From Octopus bimaculoides (taxonomy: Eukaryota), in contig NC_068990.1 of assembly GCF_001194135.2 (NCBI RefSeq), positions 31,512,757 through 31,576,756 of the forward strand: DNA of 64,000 bases, read 5' to 3'. Below are positions 50,522 to 63,673 of the stretch, one piece after another. Every line of letters begins with the position of its first letter. Within the stretch, counting starts at the first letter, position 1. Both the position numbers and the translations under genes were made by a program. Below the pieces are notes generated by a model. The model was not told the DNA's origin, ran no database searches, and saw only the letters and a list, made by a program, of their open reading frames with translations.

Positions 50522-51954
50522 CTGTGTATATAGAAATTGTGCTGGATGATATTATGAAAATCATGCAAAGAATTTAAATCACTGCAGATAATTAATATGT
50601 ATTAACTTCATGCTACAGCTTAAGGTTGGTGCATTTTGTTGACCATGATATAAGAAGTTATATTATAAGAAAAGGGCAAGATCAACTTGTTGCAACAAGT
50701 GATATAAATTCCTCTGGATGGTTTAGCAGCTCTCTGACCTGAGGTTCAATTTACCTGCTTTTATAGCTGTAAGGCAGCTTTTGGAATCTTCAGCCAAACT
50801 GTTTGGTGGGAAAACTCACTGCATTGCTTTGAAGTTTTGCCACACCAACCATAATATGTCAGCAAAGAAGTTGATTGCACCATATTCTTATAAGCATTGA
50901 TACCTTTATGATGACACTCTTCCTTTTATGGAAATGTATTAATTCAAGGTTCTAGACTGGGAAAATCTGAGAGCTATGGTTCAAATCTCAGCCAAGGTTT
51001 CAGTAGACATAGTTATGAAAGGATCAAAATAGAAGTACTTATCTATCCATTACTCTCAGTCTAAATGCCTTTAATTTATTGGCTGCAATATAAATAAATT
51101 TAATAACAATAATATTTCTAAAAATCCACCTTAAAACTACCAGTTGCTTGTAATATCCAAAATGGCTGATGTCTATCTTTACAATGGAAGATCCAGTTGT
51201 GAAACTGCAAAACAACTGGAAAATTTATTCAATGATATTTTCCCAACCAAATTTGGACAATATAAGGCATGGCTTTTTTTCTTTTTTCACTAGATTACAT
51301 TCACTAGACTACAATCCATGTTAACATGGAAGGATTTTTTTTTACATATAAGAATATTGTTGGCGTAATTCTTCTACATCAGGTTGTTTTGCTGCAGATA
51401 ACTATTATAGATATAATACTAACAAATATATTACTGATATCAGTGCACTTTGATTCGATCTTGTTCCAAGATTAAATCAAACTGTGATAATATCAATATG
51501 TATTATCCAATTATAACAGTGTACTAGTACATAGAATACTAGAGTACTAGTATAAGATCAAAGAAAAGGAAATTGCAGAAAGTAATCTTTTTAACAACAA
51601 TAAAGAAAAACTAGACACACATGTCAATCTGAACTAAAAAAGAAATTTGTCCATGAGAACTATTGAAAACAACTGAGCATTGGAAAAAGAAAATTCTATT
51701 AATATTCAATCTAACTCTAAAGCTTTCTGCTAATACCTTACAAAAAAGATTAGATCCTATATTTATCAGTGTGAACCACCATGAGTCATTTTCCAGATTA
51801 TTGCTGAAACCCTAAAAATGCAATCCATGCTACTTTTTCAATCAAAAGGAAACATTATTGAAAGATACATGCTTGTAACATTGGAAAAATTGAATCATCC
51901 ATATTATTCCTCCAAATGATTTAGAATAATGCAGATGTACACACGATGTGTGTG

Positions 51955-52150
51955 TGTGTTTGTGAAGAAATCAAGCAATTTAAATGAGAGGATCTACAGT
52001 AGATGAATGTCAAAGAAGACATGGGAAGCAGTACTAAAATCTGATCTCAACAGTCTGATGATGAAAAAAAGGATAAAGAACTGCAACTAATGACAAGATG
52101 CTGTATTGAAGAATACCTGTCCAAGTCATGCAAGTATGAAAAAATGTATA
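51955..52150 (+). mobile_element. RTE ORF2 C-terminus and tail relic
   Basis: KKTWEAVLKSDL motif followed by tccaagtcatgcaagtatgaaaa. Confidence 0.55.
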
Positions 52151-52369
52151 CAGAAAGATGGTTTTATGTAAAAATGTAATAGTAATAAACAAACTTTAGG
52201 TTTGTTCAAACATGTTTGTGATATATTTTAACTCCAAAAGGCAAAATCACTACATTTTACTGAGGAGAAAAAAATTTCTTCGCTTATGATAAAAGGTGTG
52301 AAAGCACCTTATCTGCTCAAGAATCCTAAACACATTTCTGGTTCTTTAGCCTTCCTCAGTAGGAGCTTT

Positions 52370-53326
52370 ATCTACTAAGGTACTGTAAATTCGGATAGCT
52401 GATCCCTCTGTTGGGTCGACTTTTGGCAGACTCTCTTTCTCCCATTCATTCTCTTTATTGAGCTACCTTTCATAGTGGCATCTCCAAACCGCTCTCTTTA
52501 CAGCCTCATTTAGTGCAAGTGAACCATCATCCATGCGAACACATTTCTCTCCGGCGACATCACGATTCTCTCTCACACACTGTCTTGCAACATGAAATAC
52601 CTCAAGTCTTTGGTCCTCACGGCACAGAACATTGGCAAATTTTTACTTATCTACTTTCCCTTTGGCTAAATAAACCTGCCTCTTAGCTTCCCTTCTGGCA
52701 GTCTGATACAATTCCTTGTCACCACCGTTCTTCCAAGCCTGTTTCTTTTCTCTAATAGCCCTGTCAACAGCATTGTTCCACTACCACGTTATTTTGGATC
52801 GAGTGGGCAACTTTGCACCATCCACAGATCTGGTCAGTGGCCCTCAGCAGGTTGTCCCATAGAAACCTCTAGTTGTCTTCCGAAAAGCGGCGAAACATTA
52901 GCATGCCAGGCGAAATGCTTAGCGGTATTTCGTCTGCCTTTACGTTCTTAGTTCAAATTCCGCTGAGGTCGACTTTGCCTTTCATCCTTTTGGAGTCGAT
53001 AAATTAAGTACCAGTTACGCACTGGGGTCGATGTAGTCGACTTAATCCCTTTGTCTGTCCTTGTTTGTCCCCTCTATGTTTAGCCCCTTGTGGGCAATAA
53101 AGAAATAAGAAACCTCTAGTTGTCTTCCACATCGTGTGAAGTTATATCCTCTTCTATTTCGTCAAAGGCCTTGAGTAATACATCTCTAAATCTCTGTCCA
53201 TTCGCAGGATCTTTAAGCTTCCAGACCCTGTTCCTCTATGCTGGTCGTCTTCTGGGCATCCATTTAGTCCTGATCCTGAAGCCGCTAACTACCAGTCTAT
53301 GTTGTGGGGTACATTCTTTGCCTGAG

Positions 53327-53330
<4 letters not shown>
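52370..53330 (-). mobile_element. RTE LINE ORF2 fragment (APE-RT linker), interrupted by a SINE
   Basis: GKECTPQHRLVVS.FRIR.KW.PRRRPA..RVWKLKDPANGQRFRD..VEDN.RFL|.DNLLRATDQICGWCK..FHVARQCVRENRDV.GEKCVRMDDGSLALNE..W..HYE..LNKENEWEKESLP.VDPTEG. Confidence 0.9.
52882..53107 (+). mobile_element. Family-B SINE with 21-bp TSD inside the RTE
   Basis: TSD agaaacctctagttgtcttcc at 52861-52881 and 53108-53128. Confidence 0.95.
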
Positions 53331-53375
<45 letters not shown>

Positions 53376-53689
53376 CCAAACTAATGGGGGCAACTACTCT
53401 GAAACTGGTCTGTGGATGCCAAGCCACCAAAGGGAAGTTGATGATCTCCCTTGTTTGAAGGTTTATGGATGCAAGTTCATGTGTTATATAGCTAGCTAGA
53501 GGCAATCGCCTCTCGGAGTTAATCAACAGCAGTATTTGTCCTATTTCTCTGGACCGACATGTTAGTTTCGTGATAAATATTAATACCCAGTACTACTGTT
53601 GTATCTCTCCTTTAGAGAGATTTAGTAATTATAACATTTATATATATTACATACTTATACTTTTAAGAAAAGATCGCATGTATATGTAT

Positions 53690-54158
53690 ATATTCTTTCA
53701 TTTGTTTCAGTCATTTGACCGCGACCATACTGGAGCACCACCTTTAGTCGAACAATTCACCCCCAGGACTTATTTTTTGTAAGCCTAGTACTTATTCTAT
53801 TGGTTTCTTTTGCCAAACCGCTAAGTTGTGGGGACATAAACACACCAGCATCGGTTGTCAAGCAATGGTAGGGGCAACAGATGCAGATGCACACACAAAC
53901 ATACACACACACACACGCACGCATACACACACACACATACATATATATGCATGTGTGTATGTGTGTGTGTGTGTGTGTGAGTGTGTGTGTGTGTGTACAT
54001 GTATAAATACGACAGGCTTCCTTCACTTTCTGTCTACCAAATCCACTCACAAGGCTTTGATTGGCCTGAGGCTATAGTAGAAGACACTTGCCCAAGGTGC
54101 CATGCAGTGGGACTGAACCTGGATTTGTGTGGTTGGTAAGCAAGCTACTAACCACACA
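53690..54158 (-). mobile_element. CORE-type SINE (family A)
   Basis: Reverse complement of 21310-21745, including the internal (CA)n/(GT)n. Confidence 0.9.
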
Positions 54159-55852
54159 CACATATATATATGATCTTTTCTCAAAAGCTTGACAAAAACA
54201 AAGGAGTAATCAATGAATACATGCTTATAATTTTTAATTAGCTGGATGCAAACTGAAATGACTCATATAACAGAGAATCAAATATTGAATATCTGCTTGA
54301 CTCACATTTCCTCAAGCATACAGTCTTGTTGACACTTAGGTACATTGATCAGTGTTTTATACACTTACATGATTCTGTCGAATAAGGCACTTGAATTGTA
54401 TCGCTAAAATCATATTTTTAATCCTAACAATGCTTGTGTCAGCCTTTCAGATCTTTGTTTACTTTCATTGTGAAAATTCTGTTTATTGATTCTGTATTTC
54501 TACTCCCTTAACCTGAAAGTGGTGAACCTTGCTCAGTTCAATCAGGCCATTTAAGTAACATAACTAGCTTCCCCCTCTCACTCTCTGGGAGAGAGGCACA
54601 AGCACATACACAGACATATACACACACGGCAGTAACTTCCACCTACCAAATTCAATCACAAAGCTTCGCAATGACATAAATTATATAGAGTTTTTCTTTT
54701 TCATAATTATCAAATGTTAATAACAAATACAGTTACATTTTTAAAGTAAATGGAAACTTAAATTCCTAATATAATATAGAATAAAAAAAGCAAATATGTG
54801 ATAGGTTTGAACTCAAATGGTGTGGTACTGTGAGAATAAGATATTTAAATTTACATTACTAAGATAACATTTATTATCCCAACATGCATATGTCATCTTT
54901 TCGGATGTTTCATCACATTCATGTCAGGGAGCTAAGTGTGAGATTGAATTGTTCAAAATTTCTTGATTGATGAAAGTTAATAAACATATGAGAGGATGAC
55001 ACATACCTGCTAAGATGAAAATATGGACTCATTGACATGTATTAAAGTTACTTAATTCAGCAGTGGTATTGTAAAGTGAATATATATATAGAATAGTGGT
55101 ACATGTGTCCAGTTTGGAGATGTGGGATTACATAGCACTGGATATTCCCTATTTGATTATATGACATGCAAAACATTTCAATTTGCATCTACACTTAAGT
55201 TTTAAAATATATGTTCAGCGTTGCTCTTCAATAGTTTGATAGAATATGTCCATCTGACACACCTAAAGGATTATTATTTTAACCAAACATATCTGTGCAG
55301 TCATAACCTAGCTTGCCTGTTAGATAGATAGTGTATATGTGGAGATATCTGAAATAAGAGACCTAAATTTTTCAAGCAACAGCAATCGTTGTGCACACTC
55401 ATCAAGTTGAAAAAGCTTCAAAATGCAATTTCTGATTGAATGCCATTTGGAACATAGGAAAAAGTCAGTAATGACAACTCAGAAAACTGAAACAAGATAA
55501 TGGAGGTTGATTTGTCTTATATTCTCTGATTGATGATACCGAAACCTTCTCTCTGTAAAATATATAATTTGGCCCACAGGAAAGAAAGCTAGTCATATTT
55601 AAAAGTGTTTCCCAAACTACCTGTGATGAAACTTAACCTTTTTGACATAATTGTCTTATTATTTGAAATCTGAAAGCTTGAAGTTTCAAACTGTTTATTG
55701 TGGGATTTTGTATTGTGTGAATTATTTTGCTTTATCAAAAAATACACATTTGAATATTATTTCTTGCATTCTTGTCAACATGGCAAACGGAAACATTTTA
55801 TAACAAACTCTTAGACCACGTTTAAGTTAATTTTTAAACATTGTACTCAATA

Positions 55853-56097
55853 TTTCTTATTTTCTTCTATATATATTTCATAATTTTCTATATATATTTC
55901 ATAATTTTCTTCTATATATATTTCATAATTTTCTATATATATTTCATAATTTTCTTCTATATATATTTCATAATTTTCTTCTATATATATTTCATAATTT
56001 TCTTCTATATATATTTCATAATTTTCTATATATATTTCATAATTTTCTTCTATATATATTTCATAATTTTCTATATATATATTTCATAATTTTCCAG
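55853..56097. repeat. 21/24-bp minisatellite, ~10 units
   Basis: Units ttcataattttcttctatatatat (24 bp) and ttcataattttctatatatat (21 bp) are interspersed; the last unit ends ttcataattttccag. Confidence 0.92.
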
Positions 56098-57913
56098 GTA
56101 TTCCCCAAATAATTTTATTTTCTCTCTATTCTTGTTATTTTTGCTTAACAATTTACTTCATTTGCACACCTGATTATTAAGGTAAGTTTCATGTCATTCT
56201 TCTGTAACAGTAATTCTTTAAACTTCATTGTAGAAAATCCTAATCTACAATACTGAAATATTATTTTTTAAATCTGAACAGAATTTTATAACCAAAATTT
56301 TCTTTTCTGTCATAATATTCTCACTGTTAGCTAATTTACTCATCATAGCTTAATTTAGTCATTTCAGTAGCAAGTCATCATAATTCAGCTCTTAGTCATT
56401 CATAAGTGGTTTAATTTCTTTCCTCCACTCCAGTTTAACCATAATGTAAGTCTCAAGTCTCATGGCCAAGATTTCTTTAGCATGGGAAGATTATTAAAAA
56501 AAAAAAAAACTTTGCAGTGAAGTTTCTTTTATTCAGACTTTTCTATTTATCAGGACTACTTATTCAGCTGTCTCTCAAATCCTCTACTTAAAACTTTTCA
56601 AGTTCACATCTGCTGACAGCATTTATAATGGCTATTACATACCATTTTAAGTGTAAATCCTTTGTCAAAGGGCTAAAGTGAAAGTGGAGGGGTGTGTGCA
56701 TAAAATATATAAAAAAGAAAAAGATTTGGATCTAACTATTTTCAAATGATTTTGATATAGATGTAATCTGAGTGCTGCCAGCTGCTCCACACATGAAAGG
56801 GTTAATCTCATTCTTTCTCATAGATATAAATAATGTTGTGCATGTCCATAATTTAATGCTTGTGAATCCATATCACTGGTATTTACACCTCATAATCTTA
56901 CTATAACACAAACAGGGAAATTAATCCTTTACCGTTTTAACCTTGGATGAGATTGTTTTTCTTAGTCTTAATCTGTTTCTCTTTTTCATTCATGCACTTT
57001 ATCTGTGTCCCTTCCTCTCCCTATAATACTTCCAGGATTATAGATTATACTGCTTTTGAATTATGTTTGCTTTTCTTGGAAGGATAGGCTGGACTTCTGA
57101 CTTATGGAGAACTCTTTTGAGTGGAGAGTTGAGAAAATAAATAAAATGAAGTTGATGCAATTGATTTCTTGTTAAAAAGGAAATACACAAACAGAAAAGA
57201 ACACAAACGAACTGTATAATAAAGAGAATTTAGTGATGCTTTTTAATTTAGGACCTGAGAGGAAATCTTACTAATAGTGATAATATGTCAGGAAATGTAA
57301 AGAAAGGTCTAGCTTATTTTCTTTTCTTTTCTTTTATGATGAAGAAGGATATTGCCCATTCCCTGACATGACTTTATTTCAATACAAGAAGGATGTGTCT
57401 GATAAGAGTTGCTAATAAAGTGCATGAAAGTTACAGGTTAGTGTTTATATCAACACATGTAAAAAGAGGGGTTGCCAAGAGTAGCATTCCTTTAAATGGA
57501 GGCCTTCCATGTAAAACTTTTTCTTAGGATGTTTGTGTTTCTTTTAGATTCTTCATAGAAGTATTTTAAAAAAAATAATACTTTGTAAGGAAGTATTTGA
57601 CTGGAAGGATCAACAGAAATTTCAGAAATAGTGACAAATTGTTTGGAAAGTAAGATAAAAAGATACACTAACCAAATGGCACTATTTTTCATTACTTCTG
57701 TTTCTTAGAGGGGATGCAATAATAAAATTTATCTTAAATTCTTAATATGAAAACAAAGACATTAGATAAGATATAAAATGTTCATAATATGTTATTCAAT
57801 GAAATAGCATATAATAGTATGATAGATTAAATGTCATGTGATGTGGCAAAACATTTCTTGGAAAAATACAATGATGTTCACTGAAGGTGTTTGCTTAATC
57901 TATTACTTCAATA

Positions 57914-58699
57914 TTGGGTTGGGTCAAAAGTTTTGTAATATCTTGGAAACTTATTTACTTTATTCCTCAAGTTACAAAAAAGCAACCCAGTATTCATGTT
58001 GCACTGTCTGAAGCCACCTTTCTACCAGCTCTTGTCTTTTGAGGCAAAGAACTCCTTCACTGAAACTTTCACCTTCTGGTTGATGAAGCATAATGAGCTC
58101 AGGAAGTGAACCATAGATTTGCAAGTAATAATCCATGGGAACTTGGTCTGGACTTTATGCCAAGTGTGGCATCAGTTCAATTCCCTTGAGTTTCTGAAAT
58201 TTATTCTGGGTCGTTGGAGGAGATAATTCACTATGAGTTCATTTTGGATGGTTAAACCATCGATGCTAACCTCTACTCTGAACAGCTGGAGTGGTGGCAA
58301 AAATATCCGGCATTGGTATCAGAAAGAGGGTCCTTCTGAAGTTAGACAATGCAAGACCTTATACCACTCAGACAACCCAGAATAAGCTCCAGGAATTTGA
58401 GGAAATTGAACTGATGCCACCTCAGCATATAATTTGGATCTAGATCCTTTGGATTATTACAATCCATGGCTCACTTCCTATGGTCATGATGCTTCATCAA
58501 CCAACAAGAAGTGGATGCTTTAGTGAAGGGGTTCTTTGCCTTAAAAAAAAAAAATTGGCATAAGTGCAGTATTAAACTGGCAGATACAGACAGTACAACA
58601 CAATGGATTCTACTTTGAACACTGGACTGCTTTTGTTGTAACTTGATGAATAAAGCAAATAAGTTACAGAAATATTGCAAAACTTTTTACTCGACACAA
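57914..58699. mobile_element. Fold-back mariner derivative: two inverted transposase 3' halves
   Basis: TA-flanked. The reverse complement of 57914-58213 aligns with 58372-58699. The plus part reads IIHYE..TIDANLYSEQL..KYPALV..DNARP.T.Q.TQNKLQE...IELMP. Confidence 0.8.
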
Positions 58700-58859
58700 T
58701 AACATTGTGGACATACTGTTTGTTTATTGCATGATATTCTGAAGAAAGATGTTTTTTTTTTATTTATAAAGTAATACTCTGAGAAGAAAAAATTAAGTTA
58801 TCATAGATACCCTGTATGGTGGAAATTATATTATCACCTTTTATACTATCCTTAATAAC

Positions 58860-58990
58860 ATTGCTGTTTTGGTTTGGTTTCTATGGCTGGATGCCCTCCC
58901 TAATGCCAACCACTTTACAGAGTGTACTGTGTGCTTCTTACATGCTGCTGGCATGGATGCATTTGCATAGTACTGACACAAGTGCATTGT
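58860..58990 (-). mobile_element. RTE-type tail
   Basis: ttggtttctatggctggatgccctccctaatgccaaccactttacagagtgtac. Confidence 0.7.
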
Positions 58991-60113
58991 ATGTGGCACC
59001 AGCATGAGTGTATTTCACATAGCACCAGAAGCTGCAAAGGACATGCCTGTATGCATGGATGGCTACAATTTTATCTAGCTGCATCGAGGGCTGAAATTTT
59101 ACTTAGCTACCCGATGAACGGGAACGTGAAACTCCAAGTAACAGTCTTTTGTTATATTTCTGCTGCTTTTAAATNNNNNNNNNNNNNNNNNNNNNNNNNN
59201 NNNNNNNNNNNNNNNNNNNNNNNNNNNNNNNNNNNNNNNNNNNNNNNNNNNTATATATACTATGGAGTTACCATTGAAACACTGATCCAAAATTTTTGGC
59301 TTTAAAATGATAAATTTGGAATGGTCAAAGTTTTATTAACCATATGCAGTAAGGCAGAATTAAAATATCATTATAGAAAACATTTTGGGAAAAAGTAAAA
59401 CAAATGAATGTGTTATAAGAAATGGCTTAATTTTAAAAGTAAAGTATAGTCAATAAATGCTGGTAATTAGAAAAGTTAGTCAGAACTAAAGAGTAATTTG
59501 ACATTGTGAGATGTCTTGTAGTCTAGCAGGTGAAGTAGTGACAGTTTGAGGTATAAAGCTAAACAAGCTACAGCTTCCAGCCACACAATTCACAGGGACT
59601 TCAAAATAATTAAAATATACATATGAGATTTGGTAAATTTTTTTTAAGAAAGGCGTTCCAAACTAAGCTTTTTGTAACCAACAGCCTCACCACCTCTAAA
59701 TTCAGCACTGTTTGGTAACGAAATAGTGAAGTAATGCATTTAGTTTAAAGCTCAGATTGGTATTCACTAAATTTTGTTCTCACACTTTTCTATTTTAATC
59801 TACTAAAGGCATCAAAGTATCTGAGATAAAATCATTCTTCAGAATTCTATGCTACAAATTCAATCTTTTAATTGGAAATAATTCAATTTAGAGTGTTTGG
59901 AAATAAGTATTAATAAAACATGTAGCATTAGGGATTTCTTGAAGATGTAAAGCATTCTAGAATCATAATGCTGAATGTGTAGATAGTAAGACGGTAGGGA
60001 CTCAATAACATGTTAGATACTTCAATCACAAAGATAGATACTTCACTCACAAAGAAGATGAATGTTATATCAGATAAGGTTAAGAAAGATTGTTTAAGTG
60101 CACTAAATATATA

Positions 60114-60324
60114 TTGGTTTCAAATTTTGGCACAAGGCCAGCAATTTCAGAGAAGAGGGTAAGTCAATTACATTGATACTGGTGTTCAACTGGTACTTAT
60201 TTTATCTAAAAGGATGAAAGGCAGTGACCCTCAGTGGAATTTGAACTCAGAACGTAACGACAGACAAAATGCCACTTAAGATTATGCATGGCATGCTAAT
60301 GATTCTACCAGCTTGCCATCTTTT
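60114..60324 (-). mobile_element. Family-B SINE with 10-bp TSD
   Basis: ggtacttatttt..aaaggatgaaaggca..gaatttgaactcagaac. TSD taaatatata at 60104-60113 and 60325-60334. Confidence 0.85.
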
Positions 60325-63300
60325 TAAATATATAGATATTACTGATTGCATTAGCTGGTATTAGCTGAAGATTATAAACTACTATTGTTATACAATGATG
60401 ATGTAACGGCAGAAGTAGTTTGAGCAGAAGTAGTTTGAGCAGAAGTGTAGTCAGGCATTTAGAAGTAATTGATAAATGATAGTTGATTTTTCATCTCAGA
60501 TGTCATATTTTGGTTAGTTCAGGGACTACACAGTATTTCCAAATAATGGTTGACAGTACAAAGTGACAGATAGTGTGTTGCTTCTACTTAAGTATCTAAA
60601 TCTATTTTTGTATGGTATATTACAATAAATAGCTGAGAAACACAGGTAAGAAAACAATGCAGGTTCTTTAGTAGAAGTAAAAGCATCTTTCTTTGATGAC
60701 TTAATTAGAACTAATTACAGTTTAAGGTGTAAAGATGAAGGATGGAATTTAATGAACCTATGCTGAGGATTAACAGATTATTTCTTCACACAAAATTCAA
60801 AGTATATGATAAATATATGTAATTGGTAGTGATGAAATAACTAGTGTGAGCCATTAACTCCAAACTTTAAAAGAACCTGGGTTGCTTCAGAGGAAATAAA
60901 TCATTATCAGCAACATTAGTTGCTGTAGAGCTAAGTCCTACTTCATCACCATTGCCTGCATCATAAATTGCAGTTGTAAGCAGTGATATCAACGGTATTG
61001 ACATGGGGAATGTTTCTGTTTGTGTTGTCATTGCTTCCACGGCCACCACCACCACCACCAACAACTACAACAACCATTTTTCTGTGCTGACAAAGATCAG
61101 ACAAGTCAGCATAGAGCCAGTCACTCAGATTCTCCTGCTTCAGGCATCTCTACCATTTACATTGTTTCATCTACATATGACCAGAATAACAGTCAACTAA
61201 CATATATACATTGCCATTTCTTTCCAAGTTTTCTCTGGATTCCTCTATTTCAGGTACTTTCTGTTCTCAGCACTTTTGCATCACATCCCTAAACAACACA
61301 TCAGCTGATACATTTAATACCAGCCACTTTTCACAGCTCACTTGTATTCTGTCTGTCTTTTGTGAAAGTTACCTATGACATGAATTAAACTGGGCACATT
61401 TCACAGACCTTCAACAATCAATGCTCTTATCTCAATACCACACATTTGTGAACTCTTTGAATATGCTTCTTATAAGCTCTGGATAAAAAGGAGTTGTAAA
61501 CTGTTAACAGAGGATAACCAGAGCAGAAGTAATTTGTAATTTGATATGTAAAAGTAGTTTATACCTCACAAACTCAAAGATTTCACAGATGAAATCATAG
61601 TAGCAACAGATACTGTATCATGCTAGCTTTTTCATGTTGTAAGCAAACAATAATGTTAAACAAGCATTGTGAGATTAAATTTATTAGTTGTTTAGTCCTA
61701 AGGTCAATCATGATCTATCAGGTCTATGATGAAAAGTGTTCCAGCTGAGAACTGTTTCATTATAATGGTTGGTGTGTTGTGAGGGAGATGTAGAGGCAAC
61801 CTTATAATATTAATTAGATTATATTTTTAAAAATTGTTTTATCTTTAGCTCTTTCATACTCTTAGTAAACGTAGTTTAAATCAATGTAAATACAGTATTA
61901 ACACACCTATATATTCCATGATATGTGTAGAAGAGAAATGTACTCGCATCTTAGACAAAATCAAGGTTATATTAGCACCAAAATCAAATGAACATCACTG
62001 ACTTATCAAAACATTCTTGTGTATTTTGTCCAGTAAAGATAATTTTCTTTTAAACTTCTATATGGTGTTCCATAAAACAGTATAATCCTATACCTTGTTA
62101 TCACTTTCATTGTATTTGTGTAAATTTTACATGACTGCATTAGCCCAGTGCAGCAACTCTCTGTAGGAAAACAAAGATTGATAATTCTGCCTTATGTGTC
62201 CTCCATGTCTGATATAATGACACCATAAATATTTTGAGCATAATACAAAGCATATTTTTTTTAAAAAAAAGACAAAATAAACAAATTGTTATTGATACAT
62301 GAAAACATTCCACTCCTATATGCTGCAGTCTTAGAAGCGCTATGTAAAGATTTAAAGGCATGACTGCTGTTCAGTTCTATAAATGGCTTGTTAAAAAAAA
62401 GGATAGATAAGTATTGATTTTTGTAATTATAAAAGACACAGCTTAATCACTAAAAATATCTGATTAATTGTTAAACTAATGATATACATAGATGCTCTCT
62501 GAAATTAATAGTAAAAAAATTGGCATTGCTAATAGCTTAACAAAATAGATGTGTTTAAAATATAGATGTAAGATAAATTTTCCATAAGCAATAATCAACT
62601 TTTATTGTTAGCTATAGATTTAAATATATCTAACAAATGTTATTATAAAAATAAATCATTTCAATTTTTTTTTTATTATTTCATTTAAATTTCTTAGATG
62701 TTATGGAACTTACATGTGCCCCCTATGGTTCAACTATTGCTTATTAACAAAACATATCTGATGACCAAAAGTTAAAATCTCTTTGATGAAGACTCATATA
62801 AAGATTTACTTATTTATTTTGAAGTTGAGTATCCACTTCAAATTTCTGTCTTCTATAAGCATTTGATGTTTGTTGAAATCAGAGAATGAATGAAGTATGT
62901 TAATAATACAAATCTGATTTTTAATATATTTTAATAAAAGTTCTAGATATAAAATATTTGAAAAATATATCTGAGTATCTGTGTCTGTATGTGTACATCA
63001 TTGTAACTTGTACTTATCTAAAAAGGAATTAAGTTTTCACTCTTATTTCACAAGTCTTTCACATACGCACACAAAATTTAAAAAATTGCTATGGACTTGA
63101 TGAAAATATTTCAATTCTATATGATACAAACTGCATTTTGTTTTGAGAGATGAAATATTGATCTCAGCAGCTAATACCTCTCTCTTTCTTCTTCTATAAA
63201 AAAACTAGCTATTTCTTTATCTATTCCCCTTTTCTAACTCTTGATAAAACAGTTGTAAAATACCATTGGGATAACTGTACAATATGCCGAGGTAACATGG

Positions 63301-63499
63301 CAAGCTAAGCATGGTCACTCAATGTGCTGGAGATAGCTACCAAATTTCTTTTAAATTATACTTTAGAACAGGGTCCCCAACCATGGAGCTGCACTGGGTC
63401 ATGGATCATTTGGTACTGGGTCACACAGAAAGTATAAATTTTAAAATTTTATTTCCTTTTTATTTACTACTACATTCTGCATTATGTATTATATGTGTA

Positions 63500-63673
63500 A
63501 TATCCTTTTTACCATAGGCACAAGGCCTGAAATTTTGGGGAAGAGGCTAGTTAATTACATCAGTCTTGTACTTGACCGGTACTTATTTCATTTTCCATAA
63601 GAGGACAAAAAGCAAAGTTGACCTCGTTGACATTTGAACCCAGAACATAAAGACAGACAAAATACTGCCAAGC
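63500..63673 (-). mobile_element. Family-B SINE truncated by a hairpin element
   Basis: ataggcacaaggcctgaaattttgggg..ggtacttattt..tttgaacccagaac..aaatactgccaagca. Confidence 0.75.

Noticed and set aside
53540-53600. Minus-strand GAAAC..GTC-cag hammerhead half
   Set aside because: The CUGANGA core is absent; at most a badly decayed pLTR fragment.
54995-55020. 3-nt microexon (ttttcatcttag|cag|gtatgt) on the minus strand
   Set aside because: Cannot be distinguished from chance without junction reads; no upstream UGC enhancer context.
55525-55550. tgatgataccgaaac as a minimal hammerhead
   Set aside because: Lacks C3, helix II pairing and a cleavage helix.
55853-56097. Possible CRISPR-like array
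   Set aside because: Units are contiguous with no unique spacers; this is an AT-rich eukaryotic minisatellite and no cas genes are present.
62094-62160. 67-nt minus-strand exon candidate (tttgttttcctacag|..aag|gtatag)
   Set aside because: One open frame with no recognisable peptide; cannot be linked to other candidate exons.
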